This document shows, piece by piece, positions 46,501 to 59,149 of a stretch of 64,000 bases of DNA. The stretch spans positions 17,338,784 through 17,402,783 of the forward strand of contig CM121341.1 in NCBI GenBank assembly GCA_051530055.1, written 5' to 3'. The notes under the pieces were generated by a model, which had not been told where the DNA came from, did no database searches, and was given only the letters and a program-made list of their open reading frames with translations. Source of the stretch: Neoechinorhynchus agilis (lineage: Eukaryota > Animalia > Acanthocephala). The position numbers and the translations under genes are program-made. Position 1 is the stretch's first letter; each line of letters opens with the position of its first letter.

Positions 46501-48428
46501 CGGCCAAAGATGAAGCGTAATTTTTGTTAGAAACAATCCTAGAAATTTACCAGTCACAATTTTAATGAAATATTTTCTCTGCAAATCAGAGTCATCTCTA
46601 CTTTAAGCAAAACTGCACTGGAAAGTGTATTTATACCTGAAAAGTTAAAAAAAGTTTTGGCATGTATTTCTACTTATAAATTCATTCCTTGTCTAAGGCA
46701 GTTGATATGCAGCCTTCAATCAACGAGTAGTGATATCCATAAAAAGTTCGTGCTCCAAATGCTTCTGAAAATGTCAACCGATCATCCGTACCACGTCCTT
46801 CCTCATATTCTGTACGCTCAATCCAAATTCCATACGCGTCAGTATCTTCAAGAAATAATTTCCCATATTCAATATCATCGTCCACTACATTTCAAACAAT
46901 ATTCTGCATTGTTCAATGTATATGTTGAACTTTCTCAATTAAAAATCGAACGAAATTCATCAAACTCTACCGTTACACATTCGAGAAGTCTTTTCACTAT
47001 CATTAAAAACCTAGACAGTGTTCAAGTACCAACCTTAAAATTAGTTCCAAGAGAAGATTGTCAGTATGAAAAGGTAAAGACTTATATTATTTCATATGAT
47101 GCAAATATTGAAATTGTGAGCGGAATTAACCAACCAAAACTCATTTTTTGTCGCTGCTCTCCGTTAGCGAGATTGATAGTGGGGGCTTCGGCAGTTATTC
47201 TTACACGCCTAAGAACTTGTATCTAATTGATTTAAAAACACTATATTTTTATGTTAGAATTAGTCTCTTTTTTTGTAGTTTTAATTTAAAATCCAATTTC
47301 ATGTCATTTTTGTGGGCTTATTTCTCACATATCTGCACCCGGTAGTCACCTCATTAACTTACAATCTCACTGATTTAATGGACTGCGATTGAGGCAACTT
47401 TTGAAGAGCAATGACGACATGAGACAAGATGCAATCCTCCAGGAAGTATTCGAAGCTACCAATGAGATAATCTCGACGAAGGATGAAATTCTTAGCACAT
47501 ATTCAGTGATCCCATTGCGCGATAGAATCGGACTTGTTGGCTGGTGTGAAAATTCTATTTCATTGGGTACATACCTTGAAGAAAGTCATCCCAGGTACCG
47601 CCCTAAAGATCTTCCTTTAAACTCCGCCAAAAAAGTTATACTTGCAAATCAAAAACGAACAGACCAGAAACGTCTTCAAATTTTCAATAATATATGTGCA
47701 CAAATTAAACCAGTGTTCAGGTATTTTTCTATGAAAATCTTAACGATTGCGAACTTTGGTGCAAAATGCAGTCCACTTATTGTGAATCACTTGCGGCAGG
47801 CTCTATTGTGGGCTATATTCTCGGTATCGGCGATCGCCACCTTCATAATATATTGATCAATAAACAAACAGCTAAAGTGATTCATATAGATCTCGGAATT
47901 GCATTTGAACAAGGTCGAGTTTTGTCTGTTCCAGAAAGAGTTCCGTTTCGATTAACTCGTGACCTTGTCGACGGTTTGGGAATACTGAAGACCGACGGAG
48001 CATTTATGTCCACGTGTGTACGTGTTTTCGACTCCCTAAAAGAAGGCAAGGATATTCTGCTCGCCATCTTGAACGTGATTTTGAACGACCCCTTGTGCGA
48101 TTGGAGAATTCAAGTTCCTGATTCATCTTTAAGTGATCTACAAAATACTTATGTCATAAACGATAACCATTTGAGGAAACGACCACGTTCTTGTAGTAAT
48201 GATCTTCTCTTAGAATTCAATGATGATGATCCTGGACATAGTGTTGAAGGGTCAAAGAACCCAATTGGATGGCGTGCTTTGACAAGAGTCGAACAAAAAC
48301 TATGTGGATATGACGAATCATGTACCAGCATCCTTTCTACAAGAGCTCAAATTAATCAGCTTATTGAATCAGCTACAAACCCTTGTAATCTGTGTAAAAT
48401 GTACTGTGGTTGGCAAGCCTATCTTTGA
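40582..48428 (+). CDS. ATM: Serine-protein kinase ATM (TAN-like N-terminus, HEAT/FAT, PI3K-like kinase, FATC); apparent frameshifts and an insertion
   Basis: SGINQPKLI.C..LKSNDDMRQD, TYSVIPL, GIGDRHLHNILI, HIDLGIAFEQG..PERVPFRLTRD, FATC ATNPCNLCKMYCGWQAYL; likely introns 41401-41445, 42334-42378, 46199-46607. Confidence 0.9.
47161..47376. mobile_element. 216-bp MITE-like insertion in the ATM kinase N-lobe
   Basis: Removal restores C-R-C-S|N-G-L-R-L-R-Q-L-L-K; imperfect TIR ttagcgagattg / caatctcactga; no usable GT-AG pair at these ends. Confidence 0.65.
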
Positions 48429-48478
48429 CAATAAACCATTTTTTATCTTGATCGTCGAATGTACTTTTCAAGGTTTCC

Positions 48479-48967
48479 ATGGCAACCATTTCATTGCTTA
48501 TTACACACTGTGAAATTTCGATGCATTCCGATCCTCGTGATGAACATTTCCGCACAGTGAGTTATTCTTATGGAAGATGGTACGTCGCGAATAAAGGACC
48601 AGGACTCTTTCCTGTGGACAACTCATGTTGCCTTGGTCATGTCGCCTGGCGGGCACCGTGCCATCTTCTGCCAATCAAAAGGGAGTGCCGTGTGACTAAA
48701 CGCACTTTGGACGATTGCGGAAATTGCGAGGGAAGATATCGGATTGTGGAATGCTGCAGTCGGGACAGGAATCAACGAAGAATATCCGCCCATTCTCATA
48801 GTGAAATTAAACCGAGGGAAGCTCAAGTTTTCTGTAAAGAAGAAATGAAACCCATACGAGTACCAGGCCACCGTAATGGAGATCAACGAGCGAACGGAAT
48901 GACGAATCATAATTGGAGAAAGCAGTCGAGAGAATGGTGTTCAACTTGCGGGGCTGCTCAAAGATAG
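48479..48967 (+). CDS. Hypothetical Cys-rich ORF, 162 aa
   Basis: ATG start, GC-richer than flanks, clustered Cys (SCC..PC..EC..DDCGNC..ECC); no family recognised. Confidence 0.3.
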   Translation: MATISLLITHCEISMHSDPRDEHFRTVSYSYGRWYVANKGPGLFPVDNSCCLGHVAWRAPCHLLPIKRECRVTKRTLDDCGNCEGRYRIVECCSRDRNQRRISAHSHSEIKPREAQVFCKEEMKPIRVPGHRNGDQRANGMTNHNWRKQSREWCSTCGAAQR

Positions 48968-49119
48968 GCGATATTCACTTATCGCTGATCTAATTTATTG
49001 AGTTTTTTATGAATATTTTTAATAAATTAAATTGTGTGAAATTTTTGTTGCACTTTGTTTATGGCAAATCCTTAATATTTGACGTATCAAGTGTTCAGGG
49101 AAACTTATTGTAAACCAAA

Positions 49120-49270
49120 ATCTTATCTTCTCTCCTTCCTTGGCTGTTGCTATCACGCTAGTAGCATTGCCTCGTTGTACTGCGAGCGAGATATTTTTCA
49201 CAGGAATATACCTGCACGTGCATCGCCGGTCGTTTCTCTTAATTTCTTCGATCTAAGGTTGCAAATGACA
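49120..49270 (-). mobile_element. CRE-like retrotransposon extreme C-terminal fragment
   Basis: LRETTGDARAGIFL*KISLAVQRGNATSV. Confidence 0.8.
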
Positions 49271-49889
49271 CCCGATTTTATTACAGATTTTTCTGGTAAG
49301 TGCGATCGGAAGGTGGTCTTTTTTACAATCGAATTGCGATTATGTTACTATTACGGGTTTTAAGAGTTCGCATGTTCGACTATTTTTTCAGATTGATCAT
49401 TCGTGAGTGTAATTATAAAACTGCGAATCCTTTGCAGCATTTCTTGTATGATTTGAAGTGAATGAAGGGTATTGATCTTAGCCAATACTTTTAAAGCATA
49501 TTTTGGTCTTAAGTTTCTAATCCGGTACTTATCCATCATGTAGAAAATCGTGCCAAATACATCAACGCTAATGCTTGCCAATACGATTGCGAAGTAAACT
49601 TAATTTTCTATGCAAATACTATTTTATCGCTTATTTTTTTGCTTCATTTCAGCCCGACGTGAAAAGTTCTTTAGTTCACTTGGCAGCTGAGAACTCTCGA
49701 CCTATGACAGTTACAATTGTTTAAATATGTATTTAATAGTTCCATAGTTGACTGGCATTTCCATCTTTGCTCTTATTTCTGCACTAATCGGTGCAGTTGT
49801 ATATCCGTAAATGTACGCAGCGTTCTCGTTAATTACAATTTTATGACTTTAAACAGAATGTAAGAATTTATTGATTTTCAATCACCAGT

Positions 49890-50510
49890 AATTTTTATAA
49901 TAGCTAGAGTTGCCCAATTGCCGACGTTTCAGATCTAATGGCGTACAAAGTTTCTTGTAGGCTCGTTTAATTGCATCATCTACTACCTTAATTGGGTATG
50001 ATGCATTTACTAATGATTGCCTGATCCTCTTAAGTTCCTTGTTAGTATCTTCAGTTGTAGTGGAGTATCTTATCGCTCTGTTGATTAGCGATGACCATTC
50101 GATGAAATGTGAATCTTTCCGATTTCAAGTCAAGGATTGCGAGGCAGACGCCGCCTCTCATATCTTTTACTAACGAAATTAAATTTCTTTTCTTGATAAC
50201 TTGACACCTAATTTTCTTAAAACTTCGACAAAATATGCACTGTTCAAATATTTAAAAAACTCAAGTACGAACTGTATCATTCCACCGATATTGTCCGATT
50301 AGCTGCAACATGGAAATCTGAATGTTGATCGCTCTCTCGTCCATCTTCTGTTAATTTCAGTGGCCAGCATTTTCTGCTTAAATTGCAATCGTTGAACGCT
50401 GCATCTATTGCCTTTGTTACTAGAGGAGCACTTGTACAGACCCATAATTCTTTGAGGGGAACTTATTTTATCGAAGCTCGAATACCTGCCTATCAAGAAG
50501 CCGCAAGTAA
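49890..50510 (-). mobile_element. Penelope-like RT fragments
   Basis: SLINRAIRYS...KELKRIRQSLVNASYP thumb motif; SFD...LYTSAP-like motif further upstream. Confidence 0.65.
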
Positions 50511-51796
50511 ATCACGTACTTGTGATGCTTAAAAATACACAACAGATTAAACGGTCTTCCTGTTGACTTTTACAATTGCGTTGTTATAAAATTTGGCTTT
50601 TAGTAAGCTCAATAATCTTTTTTCTTTCACTTTTAAATTCCTTCTTAAATGGAATCTTTTGAACATGTTATTTATAAAATTGCTTTTTTTAATCAAATCT
50701 TCTTTGTTAACTTTTCGGTGAATACCTTTAAAAATGTAACAAACAAGCAATTTAGAAGTACCAGAGAAGGTCGTAGTCCTAAAATTTCGGCAATCGATAT
50801 TTTAAGCACTCTGTTTACTTTCCTGCTTTATTCATTTTTTCCGGTGAACTTCCGCACGTACTATCGGGTAAGTAAACATATATTTCTCACCCAAATGGAA
50901 TTAATAATGACACTAAAAATTCTTTCAATCGAGCTGTCTTACAAAGGTATCCCAAGGTTTTTAGTTTATTGTCGGGATTGAAAAAAATTAGCATCTAGAA
51001 GCTTCATAAAATAAAATTTTCTTCGTTGCCAATCCCTATTATAACATCACAATCAATGTTTTAAGAAACTTTACTCAACCGCACGCGTTTACGCAAATTT
51101 ATAAAATTGTGAAAGTGTGGTATCGAGAGTGGATCAGCGGAAAGATTTTAAATGCTGATTAAAAATTCGGCATAAGTGTCCGACTGCCCGATCTTTGTAT
51201 TTTCTTTCACTCGCTAGCTCCTTTCGGTTCTCACCATCCGTCATTGACGGAAGCCAATAAAATGCTGGCTACCACTGTTGTACTGATGAACAGCCAATCA
51301 AAACATTATAACGTATCCGATTCCCGCCAATGACGACTCACCATCTTCTGTTGGATTATATGAAACGTTATTTGTCGAAACCATTTGCCGAGCTAAGCAA
51401 TTAAAGGAAGAAATTGACAGTCGAACCAAAATTTAGGGCAAGCAAATGATTTTTTATCAGACACATTTCTCTGCTCCCGGTTCATCGAATAAAGATTATA
51501 AGCGAACTAATATTATCATTTTGATATTCCTTTAAATTAGAATGTGTTTTTAATTTGCAAGAAAGGCCAATTTCCTTGATAGATAGGATGATATTACCAT
51601 TCGAACAAACCTAGAAACTAAGAATTTTATCGCTAAATATCTTGTCAAGTGTGCGCATTTTATAAACATCAATCAAAGCACAAATGCACAACGATGGATC
51701 TTTTGACAAGCGACATCTCTAACTGCATAAAGGTTGAATCTTTATATTGTACGTAAAAATTGACTCACAAGGAAACTCACGAACTAGTTCGAGACA

Positions 51797-53785
51797 ATGG
51801 ATTTGTTTTATTCCATGAGAATGCTGTTTAATTTGTTCGTGGTTCTTTGCTTTCTTGTCAAATGTGAATTTACGAGAGTAGCATCTAAAAAAACGATGTT
51901 AGAACGCAAATTTTACCTGAGTGAACGATGTATTATTTCAAATATCACAAGACCTTATGCATCGCGCATTAATTGCAGACGTTATGGACGTGGTCAATCG
52001 TTGCCAAATGTTCTTCGAACAGTCGGAAAAAAAGGTACAATTAAACGAGTATTGATCGAGGAAGTATCGATAGAAGAAATCCCCAATGATCTTGAATTTA
52101 TTCTTCCAAACGTTGAAAGCATGTCAATATTCTGCAGAAAATCAATGGACAAAGTTTTTAAAATCGACAAGTATATGATCCAAAATTTTAAACATCTCAA
52201 AAAGCTTTCAATTCAATATGCGGACTTATGCGAAATTGAAGATGATTCCTTTAAGGGATTTAACGATCTAACTCATCTTAATCTAATGCGTAACAAAATA
52301 ATGGTGCTGGATTCAACGATGGGTAACCACCTTTTAAAGCTGAAATCTCTTATTCTGTCTAATAATCGGTTAGGCTGTGATTGTATATCTATTATCAGTC
52401 GTATGACCAATCTAAAAGTTCTCGACCTATCTAAAAACCAAATTGAAATCGCCGTTATTCCTGATGGATATCGATTTGATAAATTAGAGGAGCTCAGAAT
52501 GGAGCACAATCCTCTGCGTGTAATTAAATTAGATCGATTAACTCGATTTAAGAATTTGAAAATGTTGGCATTCAATTTTATTGGAGAATTAAATGATTTA
52601 TTCCGAGAAGAAACGCAGTTCGACCGTCTAAAGGAGTTGAAAGTTTTTGGTGGAACAACACGATATTTGAACGCGAGTTTTTTACGCAAAGTTCCTAAAC
52701 TAACACGCTTAAAAGCCAATATGGGGTGTCTCGAGCAAATTCCCACTGGAAACGAACGTACAAGCAAATTGGTGGAATCCATGGTTTTGTCAGGAAATAA
52801 AATCAGTAAACTTGATGATTCGTGTTTTTCGCAATGGTCAAATCTTGACCATTTGGATTTGTCACATAATCGAATTTCTAGCATTAGCAAATATGCATTT
52901 TCCCATCTTCGGAGACTTAGAATTCTCGATCTCGGAAATAACCAAATTTCTTATCTGTTTCAAGGAGTATTGAAGAACAATATACGAATAACTACGATTT
53001 CTATGGCCAATAACGATTTAATAACACTACCTGAACATTTCCTGAAGACTTTGAAGAACCTTCAAATGCTCGAGTTGTCTAATAATCCATTAAGTGTTAT
53101 CGATACGATTACCGTTGGCGCGAATAATGTTAGACAATGTATTGTAAAGGATACTCCAATTTCATTTTTATTGTATGGTCGAAAACGAAACACTGAAACT
53201 TTTTTGGAAATTTTCGATGTCGTAGAATTTATTCCCCAACCATCACGAGAAGCTTTTGGTGTTCAGGACATGGCTAGGTTCTTCAATATCGCAATGAATG
53301 TTACCGTGATAACATCGAAAAATCTACATCGCATAAAAGACGTTTATCAACTTATCAATGGAAATGAGACGTTTTCACTCGATTTGAGCTACAATGAGAT
53401 ATCCGTTATCGATATCGATGACTTTCTTTTATTAACAAAGCTTCGATTCCTATGCGTTCAATTTAATAGGATTTGGAAAATTGCTCCGCGATCGTTTGAA
53501 CATTGTCAGGAATTGAAAACGCTTGATCTGGCAAATAACCATCTAAGAAATCTGGATGTACCGGACATGTTCTATGGACTAAACAATGTCATTGCCCTAC
53601 ATTTGGCCAAAAATGGGTTTCGGCTATTTCCCAGTCATCATTTATCGAATCTAAAAAGTCTAAGAAGTCTTAATATTTCTCACAATCCGATTCAAGAACT
53701 TTACAGCGGTGCATTCCGAGAGACAGGAACAGTTACTGAGGTTTTTCTGGCTTTTACGGATATTAAAATTATTTTAGATCTATAG
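51797..53785 (+). CDS. Secreted or cell-surface leucine-rich-repeat protein (copy 1), at least 662 aa; probable frameshift near the end
   Basis: Signal-peptide-like N-terminus, many LxxLxLxxNxI repeats with F..L motifs; alternative frame continues RSIAEHRELAH after a T4 run near 53770. Confidence 0.9.
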   Translation: MDLFYSMRMLFNLFVVLCFLVKCEFTRVASKKTMLERKFYLSERCIISNITRPYASRINCRRYGRGQSLPNVLRTVGKKGTIKRVLIEEVSIEEIPNDLEFILPNVESMSIFCRKSMDKVFKIDKYMIQNFKHLKKLSIQYADLCEIEDDSFKGFNDLTHLNLMRNKIMVLDSTMGNHLLKLKSLILSNNRLGCDCISIISRMTNLKVLDLSKNQIEIAVIPDGYRFDKLEELRMEHNPLRVIKLDRLTRFKNLKMLAFNFIGELNDLFREETQFDRLKELKVFGGTTRYLNASFLRKVPKLTRLKANMGCLEQIPTGNERTSKLVESMVLSGNKISKLDDSCFSQWSNLDHLDLSHNRISSISKYAFSHLRRLRILDLGNNQISYLFQGVLKNNIRITTISMANNDLITLPEHFLKTLKNLQMLELSNNPLSVIDTITVGANNVRQCIVKDTPISFLLYGRKRNTETFLEIFDVVEFIPQPSREAFGVQDMARFFNIAMNVTVITSKNLHRIKDVYQLINGNETFSLDLSYNEISVIDIDDFLLLTKLRFLCVQFNRIWKIAPRSFEHCQELKTLDLANNHLRNLDVPDMFYGLNNVIALHLAKNGFRLFPSHHLSNLKSLRSLNISHNPIQELYSGAFRETGTVTEVFLAFTDIKIILDL

Positions 53786-54700
53786 CCGAACATCGGGAAT
53801 TGGCTCATATAAAGTGCAACAATCGTATATTTTATTTCTTCAATACAAAAATTTCTTTGATTGTTTGTGACCTTCTGACTTCCCAATTTGCCTCAAAATT
53901 CCTCAATGTAAAATAACATAAATTAATGCAACTTCAAAAACACCCTTGATTCTCCGGTCATAAAATGGCTATGCGAAATTGTTTGATCGCGTATTTTTCT
54001 TCCAAATTCAATTCTTTTAATCAATAGTCAAACACAACGATGGTCATGAAAACCTAACATTTCAATCCGTTTCTATCTTATCTTTACCTCTTCCATCCTT
54101 TTGACAAACTATTATTTTAGTAACAAAGATCAATTAGCCACATTTTATCTTGAAATAAGACTTGATTTTAAATATAAATCGAAATTTCGATGTTCTTATC
54201 ACAAGAGCCACATACACGCAGTTAATAATAAGTTGATCCAAGCAGCGGGACTAAGACTGAGCTTCGATTTGTTCTCAAATCTCTTACATTGGAAATAGAC
54301 ACTCGAAATTCTGGTGTACCTTTCGACGTTACAATGTGTCAATAAAGGGTTAGATTTAACTAAAGTAATTTGGAAGAATCTAGGGGCATATTGTTTAGAG
54401 GGCAATAAAAGTTTTATTAAGTTTAATGATTAGATTGACGTTCTAAAGGGCGATTGCTCCAGAACGAGACGCACAAAATAAGAAAATATCATCAGCATAG
54501 ATGATAGGATGGATAAAATGGGGAGTATTAATTTGTTTGAATATATATCATGATCAATAAAAAATAGTGCATAGGTAAAAGAGGTGATCCTTGCAGAACT
54601 CCACATTTGGAGTAAAAATGGGTGTAAGAGTGTCAACCTCGAAATAATTTTTTTGATTTAATCAAGTATTTCAAAAATTCAGCTAATTATTAATAGACAT

Positions 54701-55960
54701 GAAATCATTCACACCACCACTCTGGATCACTTAGCTGCCGTCCTGGTGTAACGGTTGAAAGGACGGATGCAGCGTTGCCTCTTTGCACAGCCAGACTAAT
54801 GTTTTGCAGGAGGAATGCTCCTGATCTCGGATCGCCAGTGATTCGTCTCAATCTCTAAGACAATTGCTTGACCAGGTCCTGCGCCGCGGTACCAAACGAT
54901 CCGAGCGTCTCGACGCTAAAAAGAAAAAATAATGATTTCGACTTAAATCCCTGTATTTTGTCCTTTTGCATTCCTCAGTGGCGGTTGCTGCTCCCACTGG
55001 TTTAATAGTGGCGAATTTTATGTTGCTGGCTGCGAGCGTTTCCACGAACGTGGCGTCCCAGAGAAGGCATCTGCCTTCTCGCCACGGGAGTACCGTGACA
55101 CCGTCCGGTTTACGGCCATCGAGTCGACAAAGATTGATCGGCTCTAGAATGTTGAGCGCATTAACTTTATTCAGGGCACGGCTTAGAATTGCGTTCACTT
55201 CGTCGTGTCGTGAGCACCTTCCGCCTGATTGCCGACAGACGAGACAATGGCGTCCCGACGGTTCCACGGTCGCTACGCAACGGTAGCGATGGGGTGTGTA
55301 CATCGGTCCCCCCCAAGTCTCAGGGAAACTGCGATCCTTACTGTTTCGTCGGAGAGAAGGGTACCCAAAGAAGCGATTAGGAAAGCGTTGAGCCAAGCAC
55401 CCGATTCTCTTGTAGAGACTGCTGCTAATCGAGTTCGGTTCACCAGGTCACGAGAATCTGAAATTAAAGAGTTATGAATTCTCGCTACCATTGGTGAGTC
55501 CCAAACTGATTGTTTGCAACGATTGAGGGGTATTCGCTGGCTGCCTGAATCTCGACAAGAAAAGATTGAGCGTCTCCACGAAATCTTCATCCAAAGTGAA
55601 ATTCTCGCAAATAAAGGATTGAACTATTTTGCAACTTGCTTAATACGATCCCAAATAAGCTGGCAGAGAAATGTCGACTGCTTTTTGGATACCCAAACCG
55701 ACGGACGACACAGGCAAGGACGCTTGACGCAGGCCTCGTCCGACAGCTGAATATTTAAAATTTTCTCGAGAGAGGCTTTCACTGTCTCGTCTAATTTTGC
55801 CAGCTTATCCTAATGTCTAAAAAAGGTGCTGTGCGCAGCTTATACAGCTGTTTTGGAATGAAGAATATGTTCTTGATCAGGAACAGATCCTCGTGTGAAG
55901 ATAATTCATCAACTCGTTCGCACATTGGCAATCTCTGCTTCAACATTAGAACGAAAAATG
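54701..55960 (-). mobile_element. 5'-truncated CRE-clade non-LTR retrotransposon with restriction-like endonuclease
   Basis: LSSHEDLFLIKN..IPKQLY.LRTAP, SGAWLNA, RIAVSLRLG, CLVC..GRCSRHDEVN, DGRKPDG..PW..GRCLLWDAT. Confidence 0.92.
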
Positions 55961-58150
55961 CAGCTTCATGGAATACAAGAACATGAAGTTCCACATTGGA
56001 TATATTGTTCTCGGTTGGAGAGGAAAGAGGAAATCCAAGCGAGTTGCCAAGTTGGGAGGCCAAAGGAAGGACACGATTGGAGGAGAAGGGAGTGATCGAC
56101 CGACTCGAACGCCCTGGAAATATCCAGTTGCACGAGACGGACGGTTGATGCTGGACAGGAATCTAAGCTGCGCACCAGCGTATCGTAAATGCAGAGGAGG
56201 GCATCACAACAAGAGTAATTGGGACGGAAAGCGAATTGGGAAGATACTTTTGAGGAGGAAGGGAAGTAGGCGGGTTTTTAAACATTTTTCTAAGATTTTA
56301 GAGAAAGGTGAGAGGATAGAGATGGGATGAAAGGATGTGGGGGAAATCGGCTTATCGTTTTTGGGTAGGGGGACGACACGGGCTTCCTTAAGACAAGATG
56401 GGAAAGAGCCCAGTAGAAAGCTAAGGTTCGTTATGTGCGTTAGAGGATCGATAAGTTCCGGGATGATGAGACGAATGGCCCAATTTGGGATAGTCGAATT
56501 AGGGGAAGAATGGCGGGCAGATGTTTAAGGATCTCTAGGATTTCGAGAGGGGAAACTAAGGAAGGGTATGTATGAATGGACGGGTCAAAAAGTGAGGAGG
56601 GAGGATTGGGAACGGAAGATAGACGAGATGAGAAAAATAATTTGCGGGCTATACGGATACTTTTTGTCAGTGTGGAGTGGAGGAAGGGGTAAGCAGGATT
56701 ACCCGACCGGAAAGCTTCGGTGACCTGGATTTAAAGGGTTTTTAGAAAAGGCGAGAACCATGGAGGGTCGCGGTTCGAGATTCGTATTGTTTTGCGAGAA
56801 AGGAGGCCTTCATCGCAGATTCTATTAGATTTAACAAAGATCCCATTGCAATCGAGGGGTCGGGGCCAAAGATGGTAGAGCGGTTTTGCGTGATAACAGA
56901 ATTGACACATGCAGCAAGGGATTGGGTATGATGATCACGCTTATCCCAGACAACGTAGGGGCCGGAAAAGGAACGTTTTTGAGGTGATGTGGGGAGAGAA
57001 GGATGGAACAATGGTCAGACGAGGCGATCGAGGGAAGTTTGGTAGTGCACGAATATTGCCTGATGTTTGATAAAAAAATTTATCAAGGCGGGAGGAGAAG
57101 CGTGAAGGAAAAGTAACGAGTTGGGAGAGATGAGAGAGCGAGTTCGGGATCGGCAGTTTATTAAAATCGCCCAATATGATGAAGTGATCTGAGGAAATGG
57201 AAAGTAGGTCAGTAAATAGGTGGTCTATTTGTTGAAGTGTGTTGGGGATGTTTGAGGAAGGAGGGCGATAAAAGCCAGCGATAGAGATCTCACGTTGATC
57301 ATTGCGGAGGAGGAGATGAAGTTAGATGTGAAGCCATTCAAAATCGTCGGAGACGAAAAGGTAGGGTGAAGAGCAATGGTAAGGGAGAGAGGCGCGGATG
57401 AAGATCGATATGGCTCCCCCGTTTCGGAAGTCCCTTGTGAGGTGAAAAGCTTGAAAGTTTGGAAGGGAGATAATTTGCTATGGGGTGAGAGCCATGTTTC
57501 CGTAATTACAAGGATGTCGGCGTTGCAAGAAGAGGCAACTATATGGAGCTCATCCAGCTTGGGGAGGAGGCTACGAATGTTAGAATAAAAGATGATTGGA
57601 AAGGGATGTTTAGAAGGGACATGAGGGGTGGACACTGACGGAGAGAGTTGAAGATGCGCAGAGAGAGAAGGGATGGGAGTTGGCCGATGGGGTAGTTCCG
57701 GGGTGAGGGATTCGTGGGTGGACACTGTAGGAAGGGGTGATTTGAGTGTAGGGACCATAGGGGTGGGAACTGTGCATGCGGTATGAACTCGGGGGGAAAG
57801 AAGATATTGGGAGTTGAAGAGGTGGTGGTAAGAGGTGAGGTAGTGTAAGCGTCCAAGGTATTTTTCGCTTCTGAGGGACGAAGCGAAAATTTCCACATTT
57901 GGTAGGGTGCGGATTAGTGGTTTTAGGCAGATGAGAGATGAGTGGAGGCAGGGATGAGAGGGGTTTAGGAGGAGTTAGTTTACGAGGCGAGGGATGCTTA
58001 ACGTAGTCGTTGAAGGATAGTAGGGGTGTGTGTTTTTACTAGAAAATCGGGGTACAGGAGAGAAGGTGGTAGGTTTTGATGGGGCTAACGTTGAAACATA
58101 ATCGTAGAAAGATGGGAGGGGTTTACGGTTTTTCTAGCAGTACGGGGTGC
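55960..58150 (-). mobile_element. Degenerate L2/CR1-type LINE (APE and N-terminal RT)
   Basis: FYSNIRSL..ITETWL, GDFN, SDH-like motif, LDISRAFESVDH. Confidence 0.9.
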
Positions 58151-58189
58151 TAGAGAGGAGGTGGAGAGATATTCTCAATCGAACGGACA

Positions 58190-58525
58190 CATCCTCACGC
58201 GAACGAACCGTCCCCGACTGGATAGTTCCTACCCGAATAGACATCCCTCCGACCAGATATTACCTCCCGAACGGACATCCCTCGACTGCATATACCCATA
58301 TTAACGGATGAGGACGAAAAGGTACATGGGTCCTCCTAACCTTTTGTATTTTCAACCACCAACCTTCTTAACCTGATTGGATATTTCCCCGCCCGACCGG
58401 ACCTGTTATAGACTCCAAAATCAATTGCCACATTCATTTAAATAAAATCAGAACTCTAGTATTCATGAGGACCCAAAGGTACATGGGTTCTATTCTTTTG
58501 ACTTTAATAAAACGTGTTATTATTT
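58190..58525 (+). mobile_element. Two tandem L2-type 3' ends with stem-loops
   Basis: GAGGAC..GTCCTC 58310-58335; GAGGACCC..GGGTTCT 58467-58491; AATAAAACGTGTTATTATT tail. Confidence 0.75.
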
Positions 58526-59149
58526 CGGCCAAAGGTTGTATCATCAGCCAGAAACAGTCTCTCGGAGGTACCTAATAGTTTTGAAGAATCTTTAATTGGG
58601 TTAGCTATAAGTGAGATGCTGAACAAATCAATTGAAGAGTTTAAAATACAATATTGCAGATAACGGAGAAAGTGAATGTGATTTGTAATGGGTGAAAGTA
58701 TTTCTTAAGAGATAAAACTTTAAAAATGCGTCATGTCTTGGATTCTATAAAGATGTTAAAACGACGAAAATAATAAAATAAGATTTAATGCTAAAACTTC
58801 GAAAAAAGACATTGTGAATTGTGTAATATTACAGTTGTAAGGAATTGAAAAGTTTTAGTTTTGGATTGTCATCCAAGAAACCGCAGTTCAGCATGTTGAT
58901 GCTGCGGGTGACTAGGCGAGCGTTATAAGCGAGGCACAGTCCACAAAAGTAGTTATTCTGATCATGCTTCCCATCATCTAACCACGTCGTACTACGGGAG
59001 ACGATAAAGTATTTGGAATCGAGGTTACTGAATGACTCAAAAGTAAGCAAGCTATCTATCATCTCAAGCTAACCTTCTTCGAGCGTATTATCGACTATAC
59101 CAAGTGTAATAGCACTTGATTTTGCACCAGTCTCACTGGGCCTCATTCA

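Noticed and set aside
7561-48428. PNKP plus ATM as a functional DNA-repair cluster
   Set aside because: They are 31 kb apart with unrelated genes between; chance linkage in a gene-dense genome is sufficient
51280-51370. Hammerhead at CTGATGAACAG...
   Set aside because: No stem II closing onto GAAA
51797-53785. Toll-like receptor call
   Set aside because: No transmembrane or TIR domain visible downstream; only an LRR ectodomain is supported
55960-58525. Twin-priming inversion of a single LINE
   Set aside because: Orientation fits, but about 1 kb of RT is missing, no TSD was found and the left end is obscured by the CRE element
58829-59062. ORF with YFCGLC as a zinc-finger exon
   Set aside because: No matching His pair or splice context
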